Below are positions 43,486 to 43,769 of a DNA stretch of 43,769 bases, piece after piece. The notes below the pieces were generated by a model. That model was not told where the DNA came from. It did no database searches and saw only the letters and a program-made list of their open reading frames with translations. This DNA comes from a virus (lineage: Duplodnaviria > Caudoviricetes), in the IMG/VR virus record IMGVR_UViG_3300031454_000011, positions 1 through 43,769 of that record. One strand, 5' to 3'. Numbering within the stretch: the stretch's first letter is position 1; every line of letters starts with the position of its first letter. The position numbers were made by a program, and so were the translations under genes.

Positions 43486-43769
43486 ATGGCTAATGGACAT
43501 GGATACACAACGCAAGGGGTTAAAGATTTAGCCAAAATTATCAAGCAAGCGCGTGGCTTCCTGAGCTATCGCGATTTTGAAATCTACTTGAGCGAACGAC
43601 TAGCTGAAAACGGAATTAAAGGCAAAGTTCCATTTAGCACATTGCGGAGAATAGAAATGTGCGATTTTTCGCCTGGCTTTGGGCCTGACTACGATACCCT
43701 AGCTAAAATTGCTTACGTTACTCCTTACACGATTGAAGAATTGAGCGCGATAGCTAGGGAGCGAAGTCT
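43486..43769 (+). CDS. 5' part of the junction-spanning XRE-like HTH regulator
   Basis: Open from the ATG at 43486 to the end of the window; continues to the TAG at 243-245. Confidence 0.8.
   Translation, partial: MANGHGYTTQGVKDLAKIIKQARGFLSYRDFEIYLSERLAENGIKGKVPFSTLRRIEMCDFSPGFGPDYDTLAKIAYVTPYTIEELSAIARERS
43643..43769. repeat. Terminal direct repeat (circularity overlap), copy 2
   Basis: Identical to 1-127. Confidence 0.95.

Noticed and set aside
43643-43769. 127-bp terminal repeat as a biological direct terminal repeat
   Set aside because: The length matches a common assembler k-mer and the repeat falls mid-gene, so it only indicates a circular or permuted assembly.
1-43769. tRNA/rRNA genes, DNA polymerase, tape measure, tail sheath
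   Set aside because: None recognisable by eye; a tRNAscan and HMM run would be needed to exclude divergent ones.

Overview
This window is an apparently complete circular phage genome of about 43.6 kb. Bases 1-127 are repeated exactly at 43643-43769, and an HTH gene reads through the junction. The host is almost certainly a cyanobacterium: I count about 29 HIP1 GCGATCGC octamers, and the phage carries cyanobacterial-type pilin and HmpF-like genes. The genome has a lambda-like PL-repressor-PR switch but no recognisable integrase. It has a recombination arm (Gp157-like, Gp3/RDF-like), an SF1 helicase containing an intein, and an array of small early genes with repeated promoter-plus-hairpin cassettes. 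It also has a ParB/cupin/PAPS-reductase (IbrAB-like) operon, a CHAP endolysin, a podovirus-like structural arm (terminase, portal, scaffold, capsid, ejection-like repeat proteins, tail fibres; no tape measure seen) and a DnaB-N/AAA replication protein. Two observations stand out. First, a three-gene module of type IV pilin, membrane protein and truncated HmpF, with its own RHH regulator and operator-like repeats, may control the host's type IV pili and motility. Second, the intein's LAGLIDADG homing endonuclease is encoded in the +1 frame while the intein frame stays open across it. All family assignments come from recognising motifs by eye; no database searches were run.
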